A stretch of 47,026 nt of DNA, from NCBI GenBank assembly GCA_036743315.1, contig DAINPV010000002.1, positions 1-47,026 on the forward strand, in the 5' to 3' direction. Below, piece by piece: positions 31,221-40,066 of the stretch; the first letter of the stretch is position 1; each line of letters starts with the position of its first letter. A program made the translations under genes and the position numbers. This DNA is from a bacterium (GTDB taxonomy: Bacteria; Lernaellota; Lernaellaia; Lernaellales; Lernaellaceae). A model generated the notes under the pieces. It was not told the origin of the DNA. It was given only the letters and a program-made list of their open reading frames with translations, and did no database searches.

Positions 31221-31250
31221 TTGACAGAATAATGGCTAACTATGCACAAT
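31221..31250 (+). promoter_or_regulatory. putative promoter of the IHF-like gene
   Basis: TTGACA (31221-31226), an 18-nt spacer, then CACAAT (31245-31250), within an AT-rich tract. The -35 context GCTTGACAGAATA is also found upstream of the tRNA. Confidence 0.3.
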
Positions 31251-31295
31251 AAAAGCGATAACTCAGAAAAACCTATGCTGACGAGGGGGATGGGT

Positions 31296-31580
31296 ATGAA
31301 CAAATCAGATCTGATTGAAGCTCTGTCCAAACAGGCAGGGATCACTCTGAAACGTGCCACGGAAGTGGTGGATCTGATTTTCGATATGATGACCGAAGAA
31401 TTGATAAAAGGAAATCGTATCGAGATTCGTGGCTTCGGTAGCTTCATCAACAAAGAATACAAACAGTACACCGGCCGCAATCCAAAAACGAAAGAAGCGA
31501 TCAAAGTACCGCCTAAACGGTTGCCTTATTTTAAAGTCGGCAAGGAATTGCGTCAGCGCGTCAACCTGAACGAAAGCTGA
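31296..31580 (+). CDS. ihfB: integration host factor subunit beta-like (HU/IHF family DNA-binding protein)
   Basis: GAGGGGGA SD. MNKSDLIEALSKQ...GNRIEIRGFGSF...YTGRNPKTKEAIKVPPKRLPYFKVGKELRQRV is collinear with E. coli IhfB. Confidence 0.85.
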   Translation: MNKSDLIEALSKQAGITLKRATEVVDLIFDMMTEELIKGNRIEIRGFGSFINKEYKQYTGRNPKTKEAIKVPPKRLPYFKVGKELRQRVNLNES

Positions 31581-31694
31581 TACCGACGCGATTTTTCCTC
31601 TCGTTTTTCGTTGCTCACAACGGCGATCTGCTGTAAATAAAAGTACGTTCAAAGACCCCGTGCAACCAAATTTCACGACGCAGGACCAAGGTAA

Positions 31695-32867
31695 ATGAAA
31701 ATCCACGAGTATCAAGCCAAGGAATTGTTCGCCAAATACGACATTCCGGCGCCCAAAGGCGTGGCCTTGTCCAGCCATTGGGAATCGTATGACGCCGCGC
31801 TGGAAGTCGGCGGCGATACGTTTATCGTTAAAGCGCAGATCCATGCCGGAGGACGCGGCAAGGCCGGCGGCGTCAAGCTGGCGCATTCACCGGATGAAGT
31901 GGCGGAAATCGCCGAACAAATGCTCGGCCAAACGCTGGTGACGCAACAGACGGGTCCGGAAGGCAAGCAGGTCAAAAAGATATTGGTTTCCGCCGCGGTG
32001 AATATCGACAAAGAGTACTACTTGGCCATTCTGGTCGACCGTAAGGTGAAACGTCTGGCGATCATGGCCAGCACCGCCGGCGGCATGGACATCGAGAAGG
32101 TTGCCGATGAATATCCGGAAAAAATCCAACTCGAGCATGCCCAGTACAACTGCCAACTGTTTCCATATACCGCGCGTAAGATCGCTTACGGTTTGGGGTT
32201 TCGCGGCCGGCTGGCGCGTGAGTGCGCGCGGATCATCACCAATCTGCATCGTCTGTTCATGGAAAAGGATTGCACGCTCATCGAGGTCAATCCGCTCGTG
32301 CTGACCCACGAAGGCAGCCTGTTGTGCGTCGACGCAAAAATGGACATCGACGACAACGCCCTGCCGCGCCATCCCGAATTGCGCCGACTGCGCGATTTCG
32401 AAGAGGAAAACAACCTGGAAATTCTGGCGCGTCGCTACGGCGTCGATTACGTCAAGCTCGACGGACAGATCGGCTGTATGGTCAACGGCGCCGGCTTGGC
32501 GATGGCCACGATGGACGTGATCAAGCAGTACGGCGGCGAACCGGCGAATTTCCTGGACATCAAAGGCGGTGCGAACAAGGAAAACGTGGTCAAGGCGTTC
32601 AAATTGCTCACGGCCGACCGTCACGTCAAAGCCCTATTGATCAACATTTTCGGCGGTATCGTGCGTGGCGACATGGTCGCGCGCGGCATCCTCGAGGCGA
32701 TGCAGGAGGTGGACGTGAACATGCCCATCGTCGTGCGCATCGAGGGCACCAACGCCGAGGAAGGGCGGCGCATGCTCGCCGAATCGACTTATAAATTCAT
32801 TCTGGCCGACGGGCTGGCCGAAGCGGCTCGAAAAGTCGTCGCCGAGTTGCCCGGAGGAAACCGATGA
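31695..32867 (+). CDS. sucC: succinate--CoA ligase (ADP-forming) subunit beta
   Basis: [37 protein letters not shown] and [15 protein letters not shown] are canonical SucC. Confidence 0.95.
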   Translation: MKIHEYQAKELFAKYDIPAPKGVALSSHWESYDAALEVGGDTFIVKAQIHAGGRGKAGGVKLAHSPDEVAEIAEQMLGQTLVTQQTGPEGKQVKKILVSAAVNIDKEYYLAILVDRKVKRLAIMASTAGGMDIEKVADEYPEKIQLEHAQYNCQLFPYTARKIAYGLGFRGRLARECARIITNLHRLFMEKDCTLIEVNPLVLTHEGSLLCVDAKMDIDDNALPRHPELRRLRDFEEENNLEILARRYGVDYVKLDGQIGCMVNGAGLAMATMDVIKQYGGEPANFLDIKGGANKENVVKAFKLLTADRHVKALLINIFGGIVRGDMVARGILEAMQEVDVNMPIVVRIEGTNAEEGRRMLAESTYKFILADGLAEAARKVVAELPGGNR

Positions 32868-33739
32868 GCATCTTTGTCGATAAAAACACGCGGGTGGTCG
32901 TGCAAGGCATTACCGGCCGCGAGGGAAGTTTTCATACGCGCCAGTGCATCGCCTATGGTACGCAGGTGGTCGCCGGCGTCACGCCGGGCAAGGGTGGACA
33001 GAAGATGGACGAAGTCCCCGTATTCAACACCGTTGCCGAAGCGGTCGCGGCCACCGGCGCAAACACGAGCCTGATTTTCGTGCCGCCCGATTTCGCGCCC
33101 GACGCGATTCTCGAGGGCACCGACGCGGGTCTCGCTTTGATCGTATGCATCACCGACGGTATTCCCACCATGGAGATGCTCAAGGTCATGCACGAGGTGA
33201 CCTGCGCGGCGACGCGGGTGATCGGACCCAATTGCCCGGGCATCATCACGCCGGGCCAGGCGAAGGTCGGCATCATGCCGGGAAACATTCATCTGCCGGG
33301 GAACGTCGGGGTGATCAGCCGCAGCGGAACTCTGACCTACGAGGTGGTGTCGCAATTGACGAAGCTGGGCATCGGCCAGTCGACGTGCCTGGGCATCGGC
33401 GGCGACGCGGTGATCGGCACCGATTTCGTCGATTGCCTCAAGGCCTTCGAACACGATCCGGAAACCAAGGTCGTGTTGATGATCGGCGAGATCGGCGGAC
33501 AAGCCGAGGAAACCGCCGCCGAATACATCGGCCTCAATGTGACCAAGCCGGTCGTTTCCTTCGTCGCCGGGCTCTCGGCGCCGCCGGGAAAACGAATGGG
33601 ACACGCCGGGGCGATCATTTCTGGCGGAAAGGGTACGGCTCATGCTAAACTGGAAGCGTTGCAGGCCGCGGGGGTTCATGTGGTGCAGGATCCCTCGCAA
33701 ATAGGTTTGACCGTCAAGGATGTATTGGCCGGTCTATAA
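32864..33739 (+). CDS. sucD: succinate--CoA ligase subunit alpha
   Basis: There is an ATGA overlap with suc[45 protein letters not shown], and active-site His context GHAGAII. Confidence 0.95.
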   Translation: MSIFVDKNTRVVVQGITGREGSFHTRQCIAYGTQVVAGVTPGKGGQKMDEVPVFNTVAEAVAATGANTSLIFVPPDFAPDAILEGTDAGLALIVCITDGIPTMEMLKVMHEVTCAATRVIGPNCPGIITPGQAKVGIMPGNIHLPGNVGVISRSGTLTYEVVSQLTKLGIGQSTCLGIGGDAVIGTDFVDCLKAFEHDPETKVVLMIGEIGGQAEETAAEYIGLNVTKPVVSFVAGLSAPPGKRMGHAGAIISGGKGTAHAKLEALQAAGVHVVQDPSQIGLTVKDVLAGL

Positions 33740-33757
33740 AGGAAAGGAAGTCGCCCC

Positions 33758-35173
33758 TTGCGCCGGATAACTCTGCTTGTTCTGCTGACGTTGCTGTTTG
33801 CCGTGGGATCCGCCGAAGCGAAGGGTTGGAATTCCGTTTATCAAACCCGGGTCATCGACGCCGCGTTGCGCTTTACCCCCGCCGGATTGTCGAATCGTCT
33901 GGAATTGAGCGCGCCTGCCTTGCAAGCGGCGGTCGAGCGGGCCGCGGCGCAGGAATCGGCCGCGCCGCAACAGCGTTTCGACGAAGCGGTGAACATCCTG
34001 CGCGAAAGCAACGCCGATAAAAACGAGGCCTTGTTCAACCTGGTCTGGCTGGCCATGAGCGTGACCGAAGCGGTGGAACCGGTGGCCGCGCCGACCTTCT
34101 TCGATCAGGTCGATCAGAGTCCGGCGATCGCCCGCGCCCGTTTCGACGGCTATCACGAAATCAAGAACATCACCGGCTTTCTGGCCCTGGTCGCCAAGAC
34201 TGCGCAGCCGCGGCTGGAGAACATCTCCAACCAGGTGGTCGGCGACGACCGGGCAATGGCCGACGATCTGACGCAACTGTTCAACCTGTCGGTCAACGCG
34301 ATCGTCGATTTATGGACGACCGCCGCCAAGCGGGCCGCAGTGGCGATGGGGCAGCCGCAGCTGCAAGGCGCGAGCGCGATTCCGCCGGTGACTGACAGCG
34401 TGTTCAACCCGGAAATTCAAATCGATTTAAGTTCCGACCTGACTCGTTTCACCGAGCAAGGGCAAAGCCAGGGTGTGCTGACGCCCTTGACGATCGCGGC
34501 CGCGAGCGAGTCCGGCGACGACGACGACGAATTCGTATTTGACGAGGGCGTGTCGATCACTTCCGACGAAGCGCAGGCCGGCGCGAATCAATTGGCCAAC
34601 TCCGATGTGCAGGTCGATTCCGGCGGCGTGGATCGTCTGAAAGGATTGGACGAAGAAGCGTTGGCCGCTTTGAAAAAGTTGGGCATCGACGTCGCCAGCA
34701 ATCATCGCGAATTCCGCGGCACGCGCGGCGGCGTCAAGCCGGGCCAGAGTCTGCGCGTGGGTGAGCTCGATTTCAACCTGGGCAATCTCTCGTCGGTCGA
34801 GATCGGCGGCCGCGAGCAGAGACAGGTGTACATGCAACTGAGCGACAGCGCGCTGGGCACCGGCGCTTCCGGCGGACACTTGAATCAGAAAGTCGTCGGC
34901 GCCGTGTTCAACGCCAACGTCGGCGCGTTTAAAACCTGCTTCGAGCGGCGGCTGCGCGAACGGCCCGATCTGTCCGGGCGCGTTTTCGTGGAGTTCGTCA
35001 TCAATCTCGAAGGCGTGGTTTCCTCGGTGAGGATCCTGGAAAACACAACCGGCGACGAGGTGTTCGCCGATTGCCTGCAGCGTCAGGTGCAGCGACTGCG
35101 CTTCCCGCCGCCCACCGGCGGCGAAGTGACCTTCGTCTTCCCGTTCATCTTCGAACAGTCCTACGGCTTTTAA
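33758..35173 (+). CDS. secreted protein with AgmX/PglI-type (TonB-C-like) C-terminal domain
   Basis: AAGGAAAGGAAG precedes TTG 33758. The signal peptide is MRRITLLVLLTLLFAVGSAEA. The C-terminal ~100 aa (AFKTCFERRLRERPDLSGRVFVEFVINLEGVVSSVRILENT...FADCLQRQVQRLRFPPP) resemble the myxobacterial AgmX/PglI C-terminal domain as I recall it. Confidence 0.6.
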   Translation: MRRITLLVLLTLLFAVGSAEAKGWNSVYQTRVIDAALRFTPAGLSNRLELSAPALQAAVERAAAQESAAPQQRFDEAVNILRESNADKNEALFNLVWLAMSVTEAVEPVAAPTFFDQVDQSPAIARARFDGYHEIKNITGFLALVAKTAQPRLENISNQVVGDDRAMADDLTQLFNLSVNAIVDLWTTAAKRAAVAMGQPQLQGASAIPPVTDSVFNPEIQIDLSSDLTRFTEQGQSQGVLTPLTIAAASESGDDDDEFVFDEGVSITSDEAQAGANQLANSDVQVDSGGVDRLKGLDEEALAALKKLGIDVASNHREFRGTRGGVKPGQSLRVGELDFNLGNLSSVEIGGREQRQVYMQLSDSALGTGASGGHLNQKVVGAVFNANVGAFKTCFERRLRERPDLSGRVFVEFVINLEGVVSSVRILENTTGDEVFADCLQRQVQRLRFPPPTGGEVTFVFPFIFEQSYGF

Positions 35174-35180
35174 ACGAATG

Positions 35181-35214
35181 CCGCACCGGCTTCGGCAGCG
35201 AAAACACGGTGCGG
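35181..35214. terminator. hairpin between convergent genes (possible bidirectional terminator)
   Basis: An 8-bp stem CCGCACCG...CGGTGCGG with an 18-nt loop. The flanking U-tracts are weak. Confidence 0.25.
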
Positions 35215-35225
35215 TCGAAGTGCGA

Positions 35226-35891
35226 TTATTTCGCGGGCAACGCGGCAATTTTATCGTATAATTTCTGATCCAGCTGATCCAGGCAGATCATCGCGCCGGC
35301 GCCGTTTTCCTGCGTACCCAGCACATAGGCGATGTTCAGATCGTGGGTGAGGAAGATCGCCTTCAAATAGGGAGAGGCCTGCTCGGACGTGTATTTGACC
35401 AGGAAATTTTTCATCAGTCGCGGATGATGAAACAGCCCGGCTAGTTGTTCGCCGTTCTGACCGTTCAACACGGCGTTGCTGAAAGCTTTGGTGTCGATTT
35501 TCTTGAAGACCGATTTGGTCGGTTCGCCGGGCAGGATGATCCGCACGAAGGGATAGCCGACCTGGCGGAAATATTCCATTTGCCGGTCGTCGGCCTGCGC
35601 TTCGAATAGACTCACGCGACCGTCGCGATCCAGGTCTCGCTCGGCGAATACTTGTTCCTGCTGCATCAGCGCCTCTTGGTTGGCGTTTTTCTTTTGCAGG
35701 ACGTCGTGGTACAGGCTGGCGGCGAAAAAGGCGACGCTGACGATCAACGCCAGGATCAGCAGCAGGTCTTCGGTTCGCTCGAACACTTTCTTATGGTGAT
35801 CGCACAAGTGGCGCGGTTCGATGCCGAACGTGCTGAAGCGTTTGACGGCCACGTACTTGGCCGGCGATTGGCAATGGGCGCATTGGGCCAT
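35226..35891 (-). CDS. single-pass membrane protein with N-terminal Cys/His cluster and a canonical EF-hand loop
   Basis: MAQCAHCQSP...HLCDHH (CxxC...CxHH), TM segment LLLILALIVSVAFFAASLY, then DLDRDGRVSLFE, which matches DxDxDGxIxxxE. The start is taken at ATG 35891; the ORF is open to 35936. Confidence 0.55.
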   Translation of the reverse strand: MAQCAHCQSPAKYVAVKRFSTFGIEPRHLCDHHKKVFERTEDLLLILALIVSVAFFAASLYHDVLQKKNANQEALMQQEQVFAERDLDRDGRVSLFEAQADDRQMEYFRQVGYPFVRIILPGEPTKSVFKKIDTKAFSNAVLNGQNGEQLAGLFHHPRLMKNFLVKYTSEQASPYLKAIFLTHDLNIAYVLGTQENGAGAMICLDQLDQKLYDKIAALPAK

Positions 35892-35994
35892 GGGGTTGAC
35901 GACCCTCCATCGATTGTTGTGATAATTGCATAGCAATTTTCACCGGCACTTGCAACTGGGCGTTGACGGGGCATCCTTTTTTCCGTGCCCGAAC

Positions 35995-36024
35995 TTGACA
36001 CCCCCAAGAGCTTACACCTACAAT
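35995..36024 (+). promoter_or_regulatory. near-consensus sigma70-type promoter of the hydrolase/acyl-CoA ligase operon
   Basis: TTGACA (35995-36000), an 18-nt spacer, then TACAAT (36019-36024). This lies about 40 nt upstream of ATG 36063. Confidence 0.45.
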
Positions 36025-36062
36025 ACTTGGCTACTTTCATAAGTTTTTTCGAGGAATTGCAC

Positions 36063-36908
36063 ATGGCCAACATCGAATCCAAAACCGGCTCTTTTCAGAA
36101 TGCCGACAAAATGCAGGTTTTCTATCGTCATTGGCCGGTTGCCGACGCCAAGGCGGTCGTGGTGATCTGTCACGGTCTGGGCGAACACGGCGACCGCTAC
36201 GGCAATCTGGTCGACCGGATCGTTCCCGCCGGCTATGCCGCCTTCGCGCACGATCATCGCGGACATGGCAAATCCGCCGGTTTGCGCGGTCATGTGGACA
36301 GCTTCGACCAATTCCTCAACGACGTCTACCGAATGATCGCCATGGCCCGCGAGATTTATCCGGAAAAGAGGATTTTCCTCCTCGGCCACTCGATGGGCGG
36401 CCTGATCGTGCTGGCCTACGCGCTGCGTCACCCGGACACCATCGACGCGGTGATCGCCAGCGGCGCGGCGCTCAAATTGGCCGTCGAGGTCCCCAAGCTC
36501 AAAGCGACCATCGGCAGCCTGATGGCGAAGATCTGGCCGACGCTGTCGCTGTCCAACGGTCTGGACCCGCAGCAGATCTCCCACGATCCGGAAGTCGTGC
36601 GCGCCTACATCGCCGATCCGCTGGTGCACGATCGCGTGACCGCGCGCTTCTTTCAGGAATTCACCGCAACCATTGATAAAACCAACCTCGGCGCAGCGGC
36701 TTTGACCATGCCGCTGCTCATGTTCCATGGTGGCGACGATATGATTTGTCACCCCGACGGAACGCGCGCCTTTTTCGAACTTGCCGGCAGCAAGGATAAA
36801 ACCTGTGAAATTTTTAACGGCCAATACCACGAAGTGCTCAACGACCTGGACAAGGACAAGGCGCTCGATCTGATTCAGCGCTGGCTCGACGAGCACGTGG
36901 TTGGCTAG
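36063..36908 (+). CDS. alpha/beta hydrolase (lysophospholipase / monoacylglycerol lipase-like)
   Basis: VVVICHGLGEHGDRYG...HDHRGHGKS, nucleophile elbow LLGHSMGG, and C-terminal GQYHEVLND (His). Confidence 0.85.
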   Translation: MANIESKTGSFQNADKMQVFYRHWPVADAKAVVVICHGLGEHGDRYGNLVDRIVPAGYAAFAHDHRGHGKSAGLRGHVDSFDQFLNDVYRMIAMAREIYPEKRIFLLGHSMGGLIVLAYALRHPDTIDAVIASGAALKLAVEVPKLKATIGSLMAKIWPTLSLSNGLDPQQISHDPEVVRAYIADPLVHDRVTARFFQEFTATIDKTNLGAAALTMPLLMFHGGDDMICHPDGTRAFFELAGSKDKTCEIFNGQYHEVLNDLDKDKALDLIQRWLDEHVVG

Positions 36909-36919
36909 TGGAGGAATGA

Positions 36920-38425
36920 GTGTACACCCTCGGCCAACTCCTTACCGATCGGGCGAAGAAATATTCGGATCGTACCTTTTGTCTGTTCGAAAACGAAGCG
37001 CTCAGCTACGCCTCGATGGAGGCCACCGCCAATGCGATGGCGCACGGCTTGATCGAACAAGGGTGCAAGCCAGGCGATAAAATCGCGGTGTTGCTGCCCA
37101 ACATTCCCGAATGGCTGATCACCTTTTTCGCCGTGGCCAAGGCCGGCGCGACGGTCGTGCCGATCAACAGCCTGCTCAAACGCGAGGAAGCGCAGTTCAT
37201 TCTCAACAACAGCCAGGCCAACAAGCTGATCACCATTCCGCACTTTGTCGATCAGTTGCGCGCCATCCGCAACGAGATGGAGCACCTCAACGACATTTAC
37301 GTTGTCGCCGACGAAGCGCCGCGCGGCATGAAGATTTTCGACGAATTGCTCGCCGAGCGCGAGGAGCCGCCGCAGGTTAACATCAAGGACGACGACATCG
37401 CCGGCATCATTTACACCTCCGGCATGACCGGCCATCCGAAAGGCGCGATGCTCTCGCACCGCAACTATCTGTTCAACGCCGAGAAGATCGTCACGGCAAT
37501 GAAAATGAACGAGCGCGACCGCTTCATGAACATCCTGCCGATGTTCCACGTCAACGCGCAGTTGGCCGCGTTTCTCGCGCCGCTGTACGCCGGCGGTTCG
37601 ATGGTGCTCATGCGCGGATTCTCGCCGCGCGAATTTCTACGCGCGCTCGATCGCTACAAGGCCACGGCCTTCGTCGGCGTGCCGACGGTCTATGCCATTC
37701 TCAACGAGCTGCCCGACGCGGAAAAATACGACCTGTCCTCGCTGCGCTTCTGCATTTGCGGCGCGGCTCCGATGAAGGTCGATGTCTTCGAAAAGTTCGA
37801 GGAAAAGTACAACGCGAAAATCATCGAAGGCTACGGCCTGTCCGAAGCGACCTGCGCGACCAGCATCAATCCGATCGACGGCAAACGGAAAATCGGTTCG
37901 ATCGGCCTGCCGCTGCCGGGCGTGGAGATGAAGATCCTCGACGACGCCGGCAAGGAAGTCCCACCGGGCGGCGAGGGCGAAATCGTCATTCGCGGCGACC
38001 TGGTCATGAAGGGCTACTTCAAGGACGACGAAGCCACGCAGGAAACCTTGCGCGACGGCTGGCTGTTCACCGGCGATATCGGTTACGTCGACGAGGACGG
38101 CTACTTCCACATTCGCGGCCGCAAGAAGGACATGATTATCCGCGGCGGCGAAAACATCTACCCGCGCGAAGTCGAGGACGTGCTGATCACCCATCCGGAC
38201 GTGCTGGAAGTCGCCGTTGTCGGCAAAACCGATCCGATCTGGGGCGAGGAAGTCGTCGCCTACATCGTTCCGCAGGAAGCCAAAACGCCAAGCCGCACGC
38301 AGATTCGTGAATACTGCCGGCAGCATCTGGCCGATTATAAATGCCCCACGCGCATCGTATTCGTCGATAAAATGCCCAAAACCGCGTTGATGAAAGTGCG
38401 GCGCTGGGCGTTGCGCGATGAATAA
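36920..38425 (+). CDS. long-chain fatty acid--CoA ligase (AMP-binding enzyme family)
   Basis: The AMP-binding motifs are IIYTSGMTGHPKGAMLSHRN, GYGLSE, TGDIGYVDEDGYFHIRGRKKDMI and PKTALMKV. Confidence 0.9.
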   Translation: MYTLGQLLTDRAKKYSDRTFCLFENEALSYASMEATANAMAHGLIEQGCKPGDKIAVLLPNIPEWLITFFAVAKAGATVVPINSLLKREEAQFILNNSQANKLITIPHFVDQLRAIRNEMEHLNDIYVVADEAPRGMKIFDELLAEREEPPQVNIKDDDIAGIIYTSGMTGHPKGAMLSHRNYLFNAEKIVTAMKMNERDRFMNILPMFHVNAQLAAFLAPLYAGGSMVLMRGFSPREFLRALDRYKATAFVGVPTVYAILNELPDAEKYDLSSLRFCICGAAPMKVDVFEKFEEKYNAKIIEGYGLSEATCATSINPIDGKRKIGSIGLPLPGVEMKILDDAGKEVPPGGEGEIVIRGDLVMKGYFKDDEATQETLRDGWLFTGDIGYVDEDGYFHIRGRKKDMIIRGGENIYPREVEDVLITHPDVLEVAVVGKTDPIWGEEVVAYIVPQEAKTPSRTQIREYCRQHLADYKCPTRIVFVDKMPKTALMKVRRWALRDE

Positions 38426-38455
38426 GCCGACGCCGATCCGACTGTCGAGAAAACG

Positions 38456-39259
38456 ATGATTCGTCATTTTTGCCGCTTTTGCCATGCCCATCGCCGCGCG
38501 TTCCTGCCGCTGGTTCGGCGGCTGTTCGACGAAGGATTTTCCCTGGTCGGACAACGGGCGGGCGAACGGCTCGTTCTCAATGAATCGCTGAACGAACTGC
38601 GCGATGGATTCGAACATGCCGCCGTCACGCTGGAGAGCTTCAGCCGCGACCGCGGCGGTCTGTTGGCGCTGACGCTCGACGAGTTCACGCTGGTGCGCAT
38701 CGACTACGCGCTGGACTGGAACTTCCGCGTGCTGCTGGATCTGTTCGACGACAACAGCGCCGATCTGGCGGCGGTGCAGACGCGGTTGATCGATGCCTTT
38801 GCCGGCGAGGATTACGAAACCGCGCTCGACTTGGGTTTGGCGTTTCTGGCGCAAGCGCGCGCAGAGGATCTTCATCTGCACTATCGCCTGGAAACAAAGA
38901 AGGGTCCGTTTCTGGCCGCGCAATACCGAGACGCGGTGCTGCGCCTGGAGTTGGTCGATCCGGCGACGTACCTATTCATCGTGTTTCGCTTCATGCACAA
39001 GGCTGCGCCGACGGTGCTCTTCCGCTCACCGCTTGACCTGTTGCGGCTTTTAGAGGAATTTCAGGATATGATTCGGTACATGGCCGAATCGTTGCGCGAT
39101 CACGAGTTGACCATGGAAATCGTCGTGGAAAAGCACACGGTGTTCCGCAGCGGGCATGGCGTCAAAGCGGGATTCGGCGGCGTCTTCGGACCGACCGCCA
39201 TTCAGTTGGAAGCGTTGACGAAGATCCTCATGTCGGTCATGCCGCGGAGAGGCGAATGA
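38456..39259 (+). CDS. hypothetical protein
   Basis: The 267-aa ORF has protein-like Asp/Glu/Leu/Phe-rich composition. The opposite-strand ORF looks like antisense noise. Its stop overlaps the rhomboid start (ATGA). No family recognised. Confidence 0.5.
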   Translation: MIRHFCRFCHAHRRAFLPLVRRLFDEGFSLVGQRAGERLVLNESLNELRDGFEHAAVTLESFSRDRGGLLALTLDEFTLVRIDYALDWNFRVLLDLFDDNSADLAAVQTRLIDAFAGEDYETALDLGLAFLAQARAEDLHLHYRLETKKGPFLAAQYRDAVLRLELVDPATYLFIVFRFMHKAAPTVLFRSPLDLLRLLEEFQDMIRYMAESLRDHELTMEIVVEKHTVFRSGHGVKAGFGGVFGPTAIQLEALTKILMSVMPRRGE

Positions 39260-39987
39260 ATCCGTACCAAACCGGAGGCGGGCGCGGCGGCATGCCGCAA
39301 ATGCGCATGGGTGGACCGGTGCCGCCGGTGCTCAAAACCTTTCTCATCGCCTGCGGCGCGGGTTTTCTGCTGCAGCTGCTCTGGCCGCAGCTGACCGTTT
39401 ACCTCGGCCTGACGCCGGCGGCTTTCTGGCGCGGCGCGGTCTTCCAACTGGTGACCTTCCATTTTCTACACGGCGGCATTTGGCATATCATTCTCAATCT
39501 CTTTGTTCTCTGGATGTTCGCCGGCGAACTCGAAATCCTCTGGGGCCGCAACAAGTTCATTGTCTATCTGGTGGTGACCGGCCTGGGCGCGGGCTTGTGC
39601 CAGGTGCTGTTCACGCCGTCGCTGGCTGTGCCGGTGATCGGCGCGTCGGGCGTCGTCTACGGCATCCTGATGGCCTACGGCATGACCTATCCCAACCGGA
39701 TGGTCTATCTGTATTTTCTTTTTCCGGTGAAGGTAAAGTGGTTCGTCATCGCCCTGGGCGTGATCGAACTGGCATCGAGCGTCTCCGGGCGGGCGGAAAT
39801 GAGCGGCGTGGCTCATCTGGCGCACCTGGGCGGCATGATCTTCGGTTTCGTCTTTCTGCGTTACGACCGCATCTTCCTACGCCTGCGCGACAAGTACTAC
39901 CGGCGCAAGCTGGCCAAGATAAAAAATGAGAACCGCCACCTCTACGTCGTGCGCGGCGACGACGACGATAAACCCTACTATCACTAA
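39256..39987 (+). CDS. rhomboid family intramembrane serine protease
   Basis: Multiple TM helices, HGGIWHIILN, catalytic GASGVVYG (Ser) and AHLAHLGGMIFG (His). Confidence 0.85.
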   Translation: MNPYQTGGGRGGMPQMRMGGPVPPVLKTFLIACGAGFLLQLLWPQLTVYLGLTPAAFWRGAVFQLVTFHFLHGGIWHIILNLFVLWMFAGELEILWGRNKFIVYLVVTGLGAGLCQVLFTPSLAVPVIGASGVVYGILMAYGMTYPNRMVYLYFLFPVKVKWFVIALGVIELASSVSGRAEMSGVAHLAHLGGMIFGFVFLRYDRIFLRLRDKYYRRKLAKIKNENRHLYVVRGDDDDKPYYH

Positions 39988-40066
39988 GTCGGCAATTGTT
40001 CTTTTTCCACCGATTGATTAGGATGACTCAACCTTGAGTAGTGTCATTGCACAGCGAGGTGTCGGT

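Noticed and set aside
30889-31295. tRNA-Arg followed by an AT-rich tract as a genomic-island integration site
   Set aside because: No integrase is present and I found no second copy of the tRNA 3' end. The downstream genes (ihfB-like, sucCD) are core housekeeping genes. The AT-rich DNA is better explained as a terminator plus promoter/UP region.
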